Shown one piece after another: positions 54,954 to 63,445 of a stretch of DNA of 64,000 nt; the stretch's first letter is position 1, and every line of letters begins with the position of its first letter. The DNA is from Rhodospirillales bacterium (lineage in GTDB: Bacteria; Pseudomonadota; Alphaproteobacteria; Bin95): the NCBI GenBank assembly GCA_038143065.1, contig JAYQLI010000035.1, forward strand, positions 128,001 to 192,000. Reading direction: 5' to 3'. The notes under the pieces were generated by a model. It was not told the DNA's origin. It ran no database searches and worked only from the letters and a program-made list of their open reading frames with translations. The position numbers and the translations under genes are program-made.

Positions 54954-57654
54954 ATGGGCGCAACTGCTCTCATATCAGAAAAACTTGGTGACCTGTCTGG
55001 CATGGATGACCTGGGCGGCGAAGCCCGAAAGGAAGTTCTAGCTTTAGCGAAAAAACTTAGCCATTGCAGCTAAGGAGCTAGAACAAATATTTGTTGCAGG
55101 AGAACCAGCACTAAAAGTAATGGGTGAGCGTTCGGCTGCAATGGACGCTGTAATCACCGCCTTACTTGACCATGCTAACAGACGTGTTTTTCCTGCCGCT
55201 AATCCAACTACGGGGGAGCGTTTTGCTGTGATTGCTGTGGGCGGTTACGGCCGTGGTTTGCTAGCCCCCTTCTCCGATATCGATCTTCTGTTCCTTACCC
55301 CTTACAAGAGAGCATCCCGGGTTGAGCAAATGGTAGAGCATATGCTCTACCTGTTATGGGACCTTGGTCTAAAAGTTGGTCATGCAACTCGCAGTGTGGA
55401 CGAGTGCGTTCGTTTGGCTAAGTCAGATATGACAATTCGAACTTCTCTTCTTGAAGCACGCGCGTTATGGGGTGAAGTTTCTCTTGTCGATGATTTTAAG
55501 ACGGCATTTTGGAATGATGTTGCTGCAGATGATGCACATTTTATGGCAGCTAAACTTGAGGAGCGGGAAGAACGCCATATCAGTTTTGGAGATTCACGCT
55601 ACCTACTCGAACCCAATGTTAAAGAAGGCAAGGGAGGTCTCCGAGATCTGCATGCACTCTATTGGATTGCTAAGCATCATTATCAGGTAGAGACGATTGA
55701 TGATCTTGTAAGGCTTGAAGTTTTCACTCCTGGTGAACGCAGAAGATTTAGAAAAGCTGGAGAATTTTTATCGTCAGTTCGTTGTCATCTTCATCACTGG
55801 GCAGGCCGTGCTGAAGAGCGATTGACGTTTGATGCGCAAGTCGAAATAGCAAAACGTATGGGCTATGCAGATAGTCCAAACATGCGTGGCGTTGAGCGTT
55901 TTATGAAATATTATTACCTGCCCGCTAAAACTGTCGGGGACCTAACCAGAATCATATGTTCCGGATTAGAGGCAACCAACCATAGACCAGCCCGTTTTTC
56001 TATTTCCCACCTTTGGCGTCAAAACAGAGATATTGAAGGGTTTGAATTGGTTGGCGGTCGTTTGGCAGCGAAGACGGAGGCATCCTTCCGTGAAAACCCA
56101 ATTCAGATACTTCAGATATTTGAGGCTGGTGAGCGGCTTGGTCTAGATATTCATCCATCCGCTTTACGTTTAGTCCGACGTGATTTGAAAAAGGTAGACC
56201 TAGTACGAGACGACCCTGAAGCAAATCGCCTTTTTATGGCGATGCTTACATCAGAAAAATCGCCGTCACGTGTTTTAGCTCGTCTAAACGAGGCGGCCGT
56301 ACTTGGTCGGTTTGTGCCTGATTTCGGACGTGTCGTAGCGCAAATGCAATACGATATGTATCACACTTACACAGTTGATGAGCACACGATACGTGCGATC
56401 GGCATTTTAAGAGACCTTGAGGTCGGTTTACTTAAAGATCAGGCGCCGGTTGCTAGTTCTGTTATAGGCCAAACAGAGTCACGCCGAGCTCTTTATGTTG
56501 CTCTTTTCTGTCATGACATTGCAAAGGGGCGAGGGGGCGATCACTCAATTTTGGGGGCACAGGTTGTAGATTATCTTGGTCCTCGTCTTGGCCTTAACGA
56601 GAGTGAGACTGAAACAGCCTCTTGGCTTGTACGTAATCATCTTGTCATGAGCCATATAGCCTTCAAACGAGATCCGAGTGACCCACAAACAGTCAAAGAT
56701 TTTGTAGATGTGGTTCAATCTTTAGTACGGCTCCGCCTTCTTCTAATTTTGACAGTCTGTGAAATTCGCGCCGTATGGCCCAATACATGGACTGAATGGA
56801 AGGCCTCACTGCTTAGAGAGCTTTTCTTCAGGGCTCAGGAAGCAATTGCAGGAGGAGATGAGGCGTTTAGTGTTGCTAGCCGAATTGAAATTGCAAAAGA
56901 AGAGACCGCCCTAGGCTTTAAAGATTGGGACCCTGACATTACTGCTGAAATAATGCATTTACTGCCTGCTGCCTTTTGGCTTTCTGCCTCGCCGGACGAA
57001 TTGGGCAGGCGAATTAGAGTTTATGAAGAAGCTCGAAAGTTAGACCCACCCTTAATGATAGAAGTTAGGCCGTTTCCTGAGGGAGATGCTACTGAGGTAA
57101 TCGTTGCAACTCCCGATCATCCCGGCTTATTTGCTAGAATTGCAGGTGGTTTAGCATTGGCCGGAGTTGATATCGTTCAATCACATGCGGCGACGTTGGC
57201 CGATGGCTTTGTCTTGGATGTTTTTGTCGTTGAGAGCGATCCAGAAGGAGATGGGGTTAGCCGTAGAGATAAGCGCATTCGTGAATGCGTGAAAGCTGCT
57301 TTGTCTGGAGAGGTTAATTTGTCAAAGGAGCTTTCAAAGGCGCCGCCTTGGAAGCGCCGATCAGAAGTATTTTTAGTCCCTCCACAGGTGGTAATTGATA
57401 ATAAGGCAAGCCGCACGCACACAGTGATTGAAGTAGTTGGGCGCAATCGGACAGGATTTTTAAATAAAATAGCTTGGACGTTGACCCAGCAGGGACTTCA
57501 AATTGGTCAATCACGCATCAATACATATGGTGAGCGTGCGGTCGATGTTTTCTATGTGAAAGATGTGTTTGGGCTCAAAATGGAGCAGGAGGGCAAAATT
57601 AATGCCGTTCGGAAAGCTTTGCTTCAAGCTTTAGATGAATTGGCCGAAAATTAA
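54954..57654 (+). CDS. glnD: [Protein-PII] uridylyltransferase/uridylyl-removing enzyme (5' part has indels; intact ORF from 55120)
   Basis: AVGGYGRG..SDIDLL, EPNVKEGKGGLRDL, HTYTVDEH, HDIAKG, two ACT domains. Confidence 0.95.
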
Positions 57655-57720
57655 GCCATAAGAAATTAAGAAAACCTCAATTAACAATTTTTACTTTTAT
57701 GTATTTTCATAGGAATAGAA

Positions 57721-58605
57721 ATGGGTGACATCACTTTAAAAACCATGTTTGGGGATTTCCCTGTCAGTGAAGCTTTTAAACGTGGGGACTTTGCCTCTCC
57801 GGGTTTAACTCTGGACATGACTGATGTTCCAGAAGCCCATAAGTTATTCAAACCTGTTGTTCGTGAAATGGCTTTTGACGTTGCTGAACTTTCGGTGATG
57901 ACATTTTTAATTGCAAAATCTAGGGGTGTACCTCTAACCCTTCTACCAGCGGTTTTACTGGCACGTTTTCAACATCCCTACATAGTTTATAACGCTAAAA
58001 GAGGCGTGCTTCAGCCAAAAGACCTTGAGGGTCTTCGAGTGGGAATTAGATCAATCACTGTCACAACAGTGACATGGATTAGAGGCATGTTAATTAATGA
58101 TTTTGGAGTAGACTTGTCGAAAATTAATTGGGTAACCTTTGAAGATGCCCATGTTGCCGGGGTTGAAGACCCACGAGGCGTACATCGTGCCGGCCCAGAA
58201 AAATCAATTGATCAAATGTTAATAGAGGGTGAGTTGGATGCTGCCATTCTTGGTGCGCCAGTGAACCACCCAGATGTCAAAACCCTTTTTTCAGATCCAA
58301 GCCTTGCTGCTGCAGAGTGGCATAATAAGCATAATGCCATTCAGCTAAATCATATGGTTGTTGCAAAAAATGAAGTGCTTACGAAACATCCTGATGCAAT
58401 CAGTGATGTTTATCGTCAGTTAAAAGCCAGTAAAGCTGCCGCTGGGTTACCAAAAAATGGTGAAATAGATCTTAATCCGTTTGGTTTTGAAGTTAACCGA
58501 CATAATTTAGATTTAGCGATTGATTGTGTTTACGCACAGGGCTTGATAGATCGCCGATATAGTGTGGACGAACTTTTCGACGAAGTTACTAGGTCTTTAT
58601 ATTAG
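57721..58605 (+). CDS. 4,5-dihydroxyphthalate-decarboxylase-like / periplasmic-binding-protein-fold protein
   Basis: FDVAELS, PKDLEGLRVG, T..TWIRGML, GELDAA, NHMVV, PFG. Confidence 0.75.
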   Translation: MGDITLKTMFGDFPVSEAFKRGDFASPGLTLDMTDVPEAHKLFKPVVREMAFDVAELSVMTFLIAKSRGVPLTLLPAVLLARFQHPYIVYNAKRGVLQPKDLEGLRVGIRSITVTTVTWIRGMLINDFGVDLSKINWVTFEDAHVAGVEDPRGVHRAGPEKSIDQMLIEGELDAAILGAPVNHPDVKTLFSDPSLAAAEWHNKHNAIQLNHMVVAKNEVLTKHPDAISDVYRQLKASKAAAGLPKNGEIDLNPFGFEVNRHNLDLAIDCVYAQGLIDRRYSVDELFDEVTRSLY

Positions 58606-58779
58606 TCTTGGTCTACCTGATAACTTTTACTGTCCTTCTTGGAATAACCCCGCAATTTTTTCTTGTCCGAGCCGTTCCAGTCAAAAGAAATCCTCAGGGC
58701 TTTCATTATTGGTGCTGGACTTATGTTTATCGATGGCGGCGGGTAAACTGGATGCTAGGCCAACGAAAGGAGTAGCGAA

Positions 58780-59334
58780 ATGGCGCGTATCGACATTCTG
58801 AAGGGCGATGCCGTGCCAGATAGCGCGCGCAAGACCTATGAGGAAGCAACGGGCTATGGACCCTTTGCGAGCCTGGCCGGCGCCATGGCGCAACGGCCAC
58901 CAATTATCAACCACGTCTTTGGCCTACTTGGTGACCTCCGTGACGAAGGCGTGCTCGACCGGCGCTCCCTAGAGCTGGCCCTGGTTGCGGTCTCACGCCT
59001 GAATGCCTGCGATTACTGTGTCGCCCACCATAGCCCCATGCTAAATGTCGCCGGCGTATCTGCGGACGCTATCGAGAACATCTTGGACTACGAGACCGTT
59101 GATGAGTTCGACGAGAAGGACCGGTTGGTGATCGAGTTTGCCAAGGCGGTCACGATTGACGCCAACCGTGTGCGGGATGGCATCTTCGACCGCTTGCGCG
59201 CCCATTTTAGCGAGCCAGAGATTGTAGAGCTTACCTGGCGGATAGCCCTCTGCGGGGCTTTCAACCGCTTCAACGACGTCCTCCAGCTTGACATCGAGGA
59301 AGACGCCCAGGCGGCTATGGATAACGTAGCATGA
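58780..59334 (+). CDS. AhpD/carboxymuconolactone decarboxylase family peroxidase-like protein
   Basis: ELALVAVSRLNACDYCVAHH, LRAHFSEPEIVELT, FNRFND; AGGAG RBS. Confidence 0.88.
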   Translation: MARIDILKGDAVPDSARKTYEEATGYGPFASLAGAMAQRPPIINHVFGLLGDLRDEGVLDRRSLELALVAVSRLNACDYCVAHHSPMLNVAGVSADAIENILDYETVDEFDEKDRLVIEFAKAVTIDANRVRDGIFDRLRAHFSEPEIVELTWRIALCGAFNRFNDVLQLDIEEDAQAAMDNVA

Positions 59335-59367
59335 GGCCTCCCCATCCCGGGCTTAACCTTGGGCCTT

Positions 59368-59396
59368 AAGGGCGCTCCGGCCCTTGCGCTATTTTT
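59368..59396. terminator. Hairpin between convergent ahpD-like and recombinase-like genes
   Basis: AAGGGC-GCTCCG-GCCCTT followed by a T-rich stretch. Confidence 0.45.
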
Positions 59397-59920
59397 CAAA
59401 GAGCCTTCTCAACAATAGGGATCAGTTTATCTGCTCTGTCTGGCTTTTGTATGCGTCTCTTCTTCTCCAAAAAAGTCCTCCGACCAGTATCACTTGAACA
59501 CCCTTCAAGCCCAAGATCCGCATAGACAGCTCGGAACCACTCAACGATCGATCTTGTAAGTAGGCCATGCTTCTGTCTCTTGGTCAGAATTACTGGAACG
59601 TTCGGGCTACGGTCTTCTGAGATCATGTAAAGGTCGGCGAGAGCCAATCTAAGATCCAGATCCAACGGGATACGTCTGCTGGCATGAAAGCTCTTTCTGG
59701 CGACATCATCTGTAATCAGGATGTGATCTGAAATACCACCTTGAATCAATATGCAGTTTTGCCAACGAAGACTGGCTATCTCCGAAGCACTTAATCCAGC
59801 TTTGAATGAGAGAAGAATAATTACTTGGCTTCGAACAGGCTGACGGGTTTGCTCTGTGTATTGGAGCAACTTGGTAAATTCAGCTTCGGTAAGGGTGCGT
59901 GGATTTTTATCTGCAGACAT
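59396..59920 (-). CDS. Tyrosine-recombinase-like protein lacking catalytic residues
   Basis: ILLSFKAGL(S)ASEIASLRW box I and GLEGCSS(D)TGRRTF box II; no GH..Y C-terminus; AGGAGG RBS. Confidence 0.8.
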   Translation of the reverse strand: MSADKNPRTLTEAEFTKLLQYTEQTRQPVRSQVIILLSFKAGLSASEIASLRWQNCILIQGGISDHILITDDVARKSFHASRRIPLDLDLRLALADLYMISEDRSPNVPVILTKRQKHGLLTRSIVEWFRAVYADLGLEGCSSDTGRRTFLEKKRRIQKPDRADKLIPIVEKAL

Positions 59921-60047
59921 TTTTGCTTCACCTCCTGATTGCGATGAAGACAGGGTCTCAGCAGTTCGCGACTTGTTTTTAGCAACACTGAGGCGTTATT
60001 TTGATCAGCAGTCATACTTTTGCCTAACTTGCGAAAGGTCTGTCGCC

Positions 60048-60827
60048 ATGAAGCGCTTTGCCAGAAACGTTGCTATTTTTCTGTTGACGGTATTCTGGCC
60101 AATCCAGGGTTACTGTGAACAGGAGTTAACTCTCGACGTCAGTCATTATCTCTACGAAGAGGAAGTAAACGGTGCCTTCTTTATGAAGGATGAGGCTGCA
60201 CCTGCATTTATCTCTATAGGACTTCGAGACTGGGAAGGGCAGCAGGGGCCCAACAGCGAATACGACTTCCTTTATACTGCCGAGGTAACCTATGGGGTAG
60301 TAGATTACTCAAGTGCGGGCACTGGCACGATGGAGAAGGACTACTACAAGGGGCGACTAGAGGGGCTCTTCACCTATAATTTAGGCCAAGTTAAGCCGTT
60401 TATCGGTCTCGGATATCGGGCTCTTTATGACGATAGTGGTGGAAAAACGACCTCTACTGGCCACGTGGGATACGATCGGCTTTCTCAGTATGTCTACATT
60501 CCTATCGGAGGCATATTTCAGTTGGGCTCTGGCTTTTCATTTAAAGGTCAGTTCAATTACTTAGCATACGGGCAGCAAACATCTTACTTCTCTACCTTCT
60601 CACCCCTGTGTTCTGACTTAGAGAATGAGCAAACTGGTGGATTTGGGTTCGACGCGGCTGCTAATTTTAAGATTACGGATAGAACATCCATTTATGCTTT
60701 TTACAGGTATTGGGACATAGACGATTCCAACCCAAATACATTTGTCTGTGGCAATTTCGTTGGCGTTGGACTTGAGCCACAGAACGTAACTAACGAGGCT
60801 GGTATCGGAGTAGCTTTCAAATTCTAA
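60048..60827 (+). CDS. Outer-membrane beta-barrel protein
   Basis: Signal peptide, Tyr/Gly-rich amphipathic strands, C-terminal GIGVAFKF with terminal Phe. Confidence 0.8.
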   Translation: MKRFARNVAIFLLTVFWPIQGYCEQELTLDVSHYLYEEEVNGAFFMKDEAAPAFISIGLRDWEGQQGPNSEYDFLYTAEVTYGVVDYSSAGTGTMEKDYYKGRLEGLFTYNLGQVKPFIGLGYRALYDDSGGKTTSTGHVGYDRLSQYVYIPIGGIFQLGSGFSFKGQFNYLAYGQQTSYFSTFSPLCSDLENEQTGGFGFDAAANFKITDRTSIYAFYRYWDIDDSNPNTFVCGNFVGVGLEPQNVTNEAGIGVAFKF

Positions 60828-60870
60828 GCCTCGAATTTGCCCAAGTAATGCCCTCTTTGACCCCTATGAT

Positions 60871-61050
60871 TTACCGGTTGTCAGAAGAATTAGTTTTAAC
60901 CAGGCGGTATTCGAATCTTGCCCACTTGGCTCTCGGCTTTCGATCTTCCAAATGATACCCAGCCAATCGGGTGCCCGCTAAAGATCGCAGCCGTTTTGTC
61001 AGAGCATTTTTCCCTCGGCTATTTGGATCGAGCACTACTGTGACAGTCAA
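60871..61050 (-). pseudogene. Possible short gene or remnant (59 codons, basic)
   Basis: Own translation from TTG: LTVTVVLDPNSRGKNALTKRLRSLAGTRLAGYHLEDRKPRAKWARFEYRLVKTNSSDNR*. Confidence 0.25.
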
Positions 61051-61054
61051 AGGC

Positions 61055-61498
61055 TTACATATTCTGACTAATTTTTAAATTTTCTATAAACTCATTCATT
61101 AGCTCTGAAGGACCATTTGCCAGCTCAGCTAAAAAATTAATTCTTTCACTTGCAATATCTGATTGGTTCATGGACCAATTGGCCATTTCGACCAATATGG
61201 GCAATAAACTCAAACCCCGCTCAGTCAGGCTATATATTTTTCTCTGTGAGTGACTCTTGTCATCCCTAGCGATGATAATTCCGATATCATGAAGTCGCCT
61301 GAGGCGGTTGGCGAGAGTTGGTCGAGCAATTTTTTCATTATTATGCTTCAAGATGCAACCAAACGTCCTTCTGTCAAAGAAGGCTATGTCTCTGATTATG
61401 ACGACCGACCATTGATCGGAGAGTACCTCCGCAGCCACAGCTATTGGACAAGTAACATCTCCTCTGAGGAAAGTGCTTTTTCTTATATAGCCATCCAT
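61055..61498 (-). CDS. HxlR-family winged-helix regulator
   Basis: TCPIA...LSDQWS..IIRD, TLANRL..L, YSLTERG..LLPIL..W; ATG at 61498 with GAAGGAG RBS. Confidence 0.88.
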   Translation of the reverse strand: MDGYIRKSTFLRGDVTCPIAVAAEVLSDQWSVVIIRDIAFFDRRTFGCILKHNNEKIARPTLANRLRRLHDIGIIIARDDKSHSQRKIYSLTERGLSLLPILVEMANWSMNQSDIASERINFLAELANGPSELMNEFIENLKISQNM

Positions 61499-61521
61499 TG
61501 CTGCTCCTTCGCGCAGTGTGC

Positions 61522-61572
61522 CTTGCAAATTCAAAACTATATAAAATTTTTAACCGGTTTTGAATTAAAAAC
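61522..61572. promoter_or_regulatory. Twin 16-bp imperfect palindromes (CTTGCAAATTCAAAAC, GTTTTGAATTAAAAAC), probable HxlR operators
   Basis: Located in the divergent intergenic region; together they form a 10-bp perfect IR AATTCAAAAC/GTTTTGAATT. Confidence 0.5.
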
Positions 61573-61648
61573 TGAAATTCACTGTCCTGTAACGCAAGCT
61601 CCTTAATCTTTCTCATCAACAAAAGAAATCTTTGAGGGATATCTGATC

Positions 61649-61924
61649 ATGCTCTTTAAATTAGCTTGGACGCACTCACCAGAAGCAAGAGATAAAACTA
61701 TAAAGCAGTTTATGGAAACTGGAGGAATGCCTCCGGAAAACGTAAAATTATTATCGCGCTATCATAATCTTGATGGGACTGGTGGTTTTGCAATTTTAGA
61801 GAGCACAGACTCCGCCGCTCTTGCAGACTATGCGCTGGATTGGAACGGCCTCATAGAAATCGTTATTACGCCTATCATGGATGATGAAACGATAGGGGGT
61901 GTTCTCGGTAAAAAATTTGGCTGA
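61649..61924 (+). CDS. DUF3303-like small protein
   Basis: FMETGGMPPENVKLLSRYH...GFAILES.D...W...I.ITPIMDD. Confidence 0.78.
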   Translation: MLFKLAWTHSPEARDKTIKQFMETGGMPPENVKLLSRYHNLDGTGGFAILESTDSAALADYALDWNGLIEIVITPIMDDETIGGVLGKKFG

Positions 61925-61941
61925 GGATGGGATAACTTTTT

Positions 61942-62234
61942 ATGGCGAAATACACGAATGTGGTCAGATTTAGAGTGAAGCAAGGCAAGCAAGCAGAATT
62001 TGAATCCTGTTCAGTAAAGTTGATGAATGGGATGGCCAGATACTTCATATTTTGGCGCGCTGTGGTGAAGAGAGCTATGTGGGCTATGGCCTCTGGAAAA
62101 GCGAAGAGTTTATGAGAAAAGCGATGCCTCAGATGATTGCTTTCCTCGATAGCGCACGTCATTTGCTTGAGGAGTTATCACCCGAGCTTGGTGTTACAGA
62201 TCCTGTGTCTGGAACCGTTGTATTCGAAAAATAG
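61942..62234 (+). CDS. Small dimeric alpha/beta-barrel (ABM/DUF718-like) protein, indel near 62005
   Basis: Reconstructed MAKYTNVVRFRVKQGKQAEFES/LFSK...LEELSPELGVTDPVSG. Confidence 0.7.
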
Positions 62235-62247
62235 AAAGAAAACAGAA

Positions 62248-62529
62248 ATGAAAAATTATATGGTAACCCATACATTGAAGTCAGATGAAGCAATGGATGC
62301 TTATTACCAGGCTCTAGAAACAATGAGTGAGGACGACATTCGTGGAGCGATGAAGAACGAGAGAGCCTCATTCCAAATGCAGTGGAATGCCGGAAAGGCA
62401 GACAAAGTTCTTTTCTGTTGGTGGAAGGCAGAGAGTCCAGAGGCAATAGTCGAGACACTGGGTGATATGGCGCAATTATTCGACAACGACATCCGTGAAA
62501 TGCCAAACGTCTTTGACTTTACAGACTGA
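62248..62529 (+). CDS. Small hypothetical protein (DUF4242/SCO4226-like fold possible)
   Basis: MKNYMVTH...LFCWWKAESPEAI pattern. Confidence 0.6.
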   Translation: MKNYMVTHTLKSDEAMDAYYQALETMSEDDIRGAMKNERASFQMQWNAGKADKVLFCWWKAESPEAIVETLGDMAQLFDNDIREMPNVFDFTD

Positions 62530-62757
62530 ATTTGGCCAACCGCTGATCTAGAACAAAAGGGGGAGCGGATGGTTTCCTCCCTACCCCGTCGGGGCTCACT
62601 ACCATTTTAGCACTAGTGGTGATGGAGAGCGGCTAGTTTCTGGTTACCTGTTACCCGTTTGATGCAATCGAGGTAGGTGGGCCGTTGAGGTTTATAGTTA
62701 TGGGTAAATTATCAAGAAACCTCTCTTTTAGACCAATGATTAGGTTTAATTTGTCTT

Positions 62758-63426
62758 CTACTCATCAACAAACCTGACCCAGTCCTCAAGAGGAGCTCTT
62801 TCGGTTACCAAAGAATTTGCTACCTCTGATTTGTCCTCGTAGCCGAGAGCCATGCCGCAAACAATAACTTGGCTTTCTGGGATGCCACAAGTAGCTCGTA
62901 TGATTTTATGGTAGTCACCCCATGCTGCTTGGGGGCATGTGTCTAGACCTTCTATTCTGGCAGCAGTCATCACATTTTGCAGCATCATGCCGTAGTCAAG
63001 CCAACTGCCAATTTCCAACTCACGCTCTATTGTAAAAATAATGCCAACTGGAGCCCCAAAAAACGTAAAATTTTTATCATGTTGTATTTTCATTTTTTCC
63101 ATATCGCCTTTGGCGATGCCGACTAGGCCATAAAGGTCCCATCCAACCTTGCGACGTCGAGCAAGATAGGGTTCCGGAAATTTGTCAGGATAAAATTTAG
63201 TTTCCGATATATGTTCTTCATTAGCATTCCTAGCAGCCAACACTGAGTCTGTGAGACGTTTTAGTGCAGAGCCAGTTAATACTGTTGCTAGCCACGGCTG
63301 AGTATTGGTGCCTGATGGTGCCCTAGCTGATACATCTAGGATACGTTTTATGCAGTCCATCGATATAGATTGCTGAGTGAAGCCACGTACGGAACGGCGT
63401 GAGGTAATTGCATCAAAGGCACTCAT
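62758..63426 (-). CDS. Nitroreductase family protein
   Basis: SRRSVRGF, APSGTNTQPW, FFGAP, GLDTCPQ, CGMALGY. Confidence 0.92.
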   Translation of the reverse strand: MSAFDAITSRRSVRGFTQQSISMDCIKRILDVSARAPSGTNTQPWLATVLTGSALKRLTDSVLAARNANEEHISETKFYPDKFPEPYLARRRKVGWDLYGLVGIAKGDMEKMKIQHDKNFTFFGAPVGIIFTIERELEIGSWLDYGMMLQNVMTAARIEGLDTCPQAAWGDYHKIIRATCGIPESQVIVCGMALGYEDKSEVANSLVTERAPLEDWVRFVDE

Positions 63427-63445
63427 TTTTCTTAAAACTCCAAAC

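Noticed and set aside
59921-60047. Invertible promoter (fim-like switch)
   Set aside because: Only 5-bp inverted matches; the adjacent recombinase lacks catalytic residues
58605-62757. att direct repeats or terminal inverted repeats bounding the island
   Set aside because: Only an 8-bp inverted match (TTGGTCTA/TAGACCAA), expected by chance
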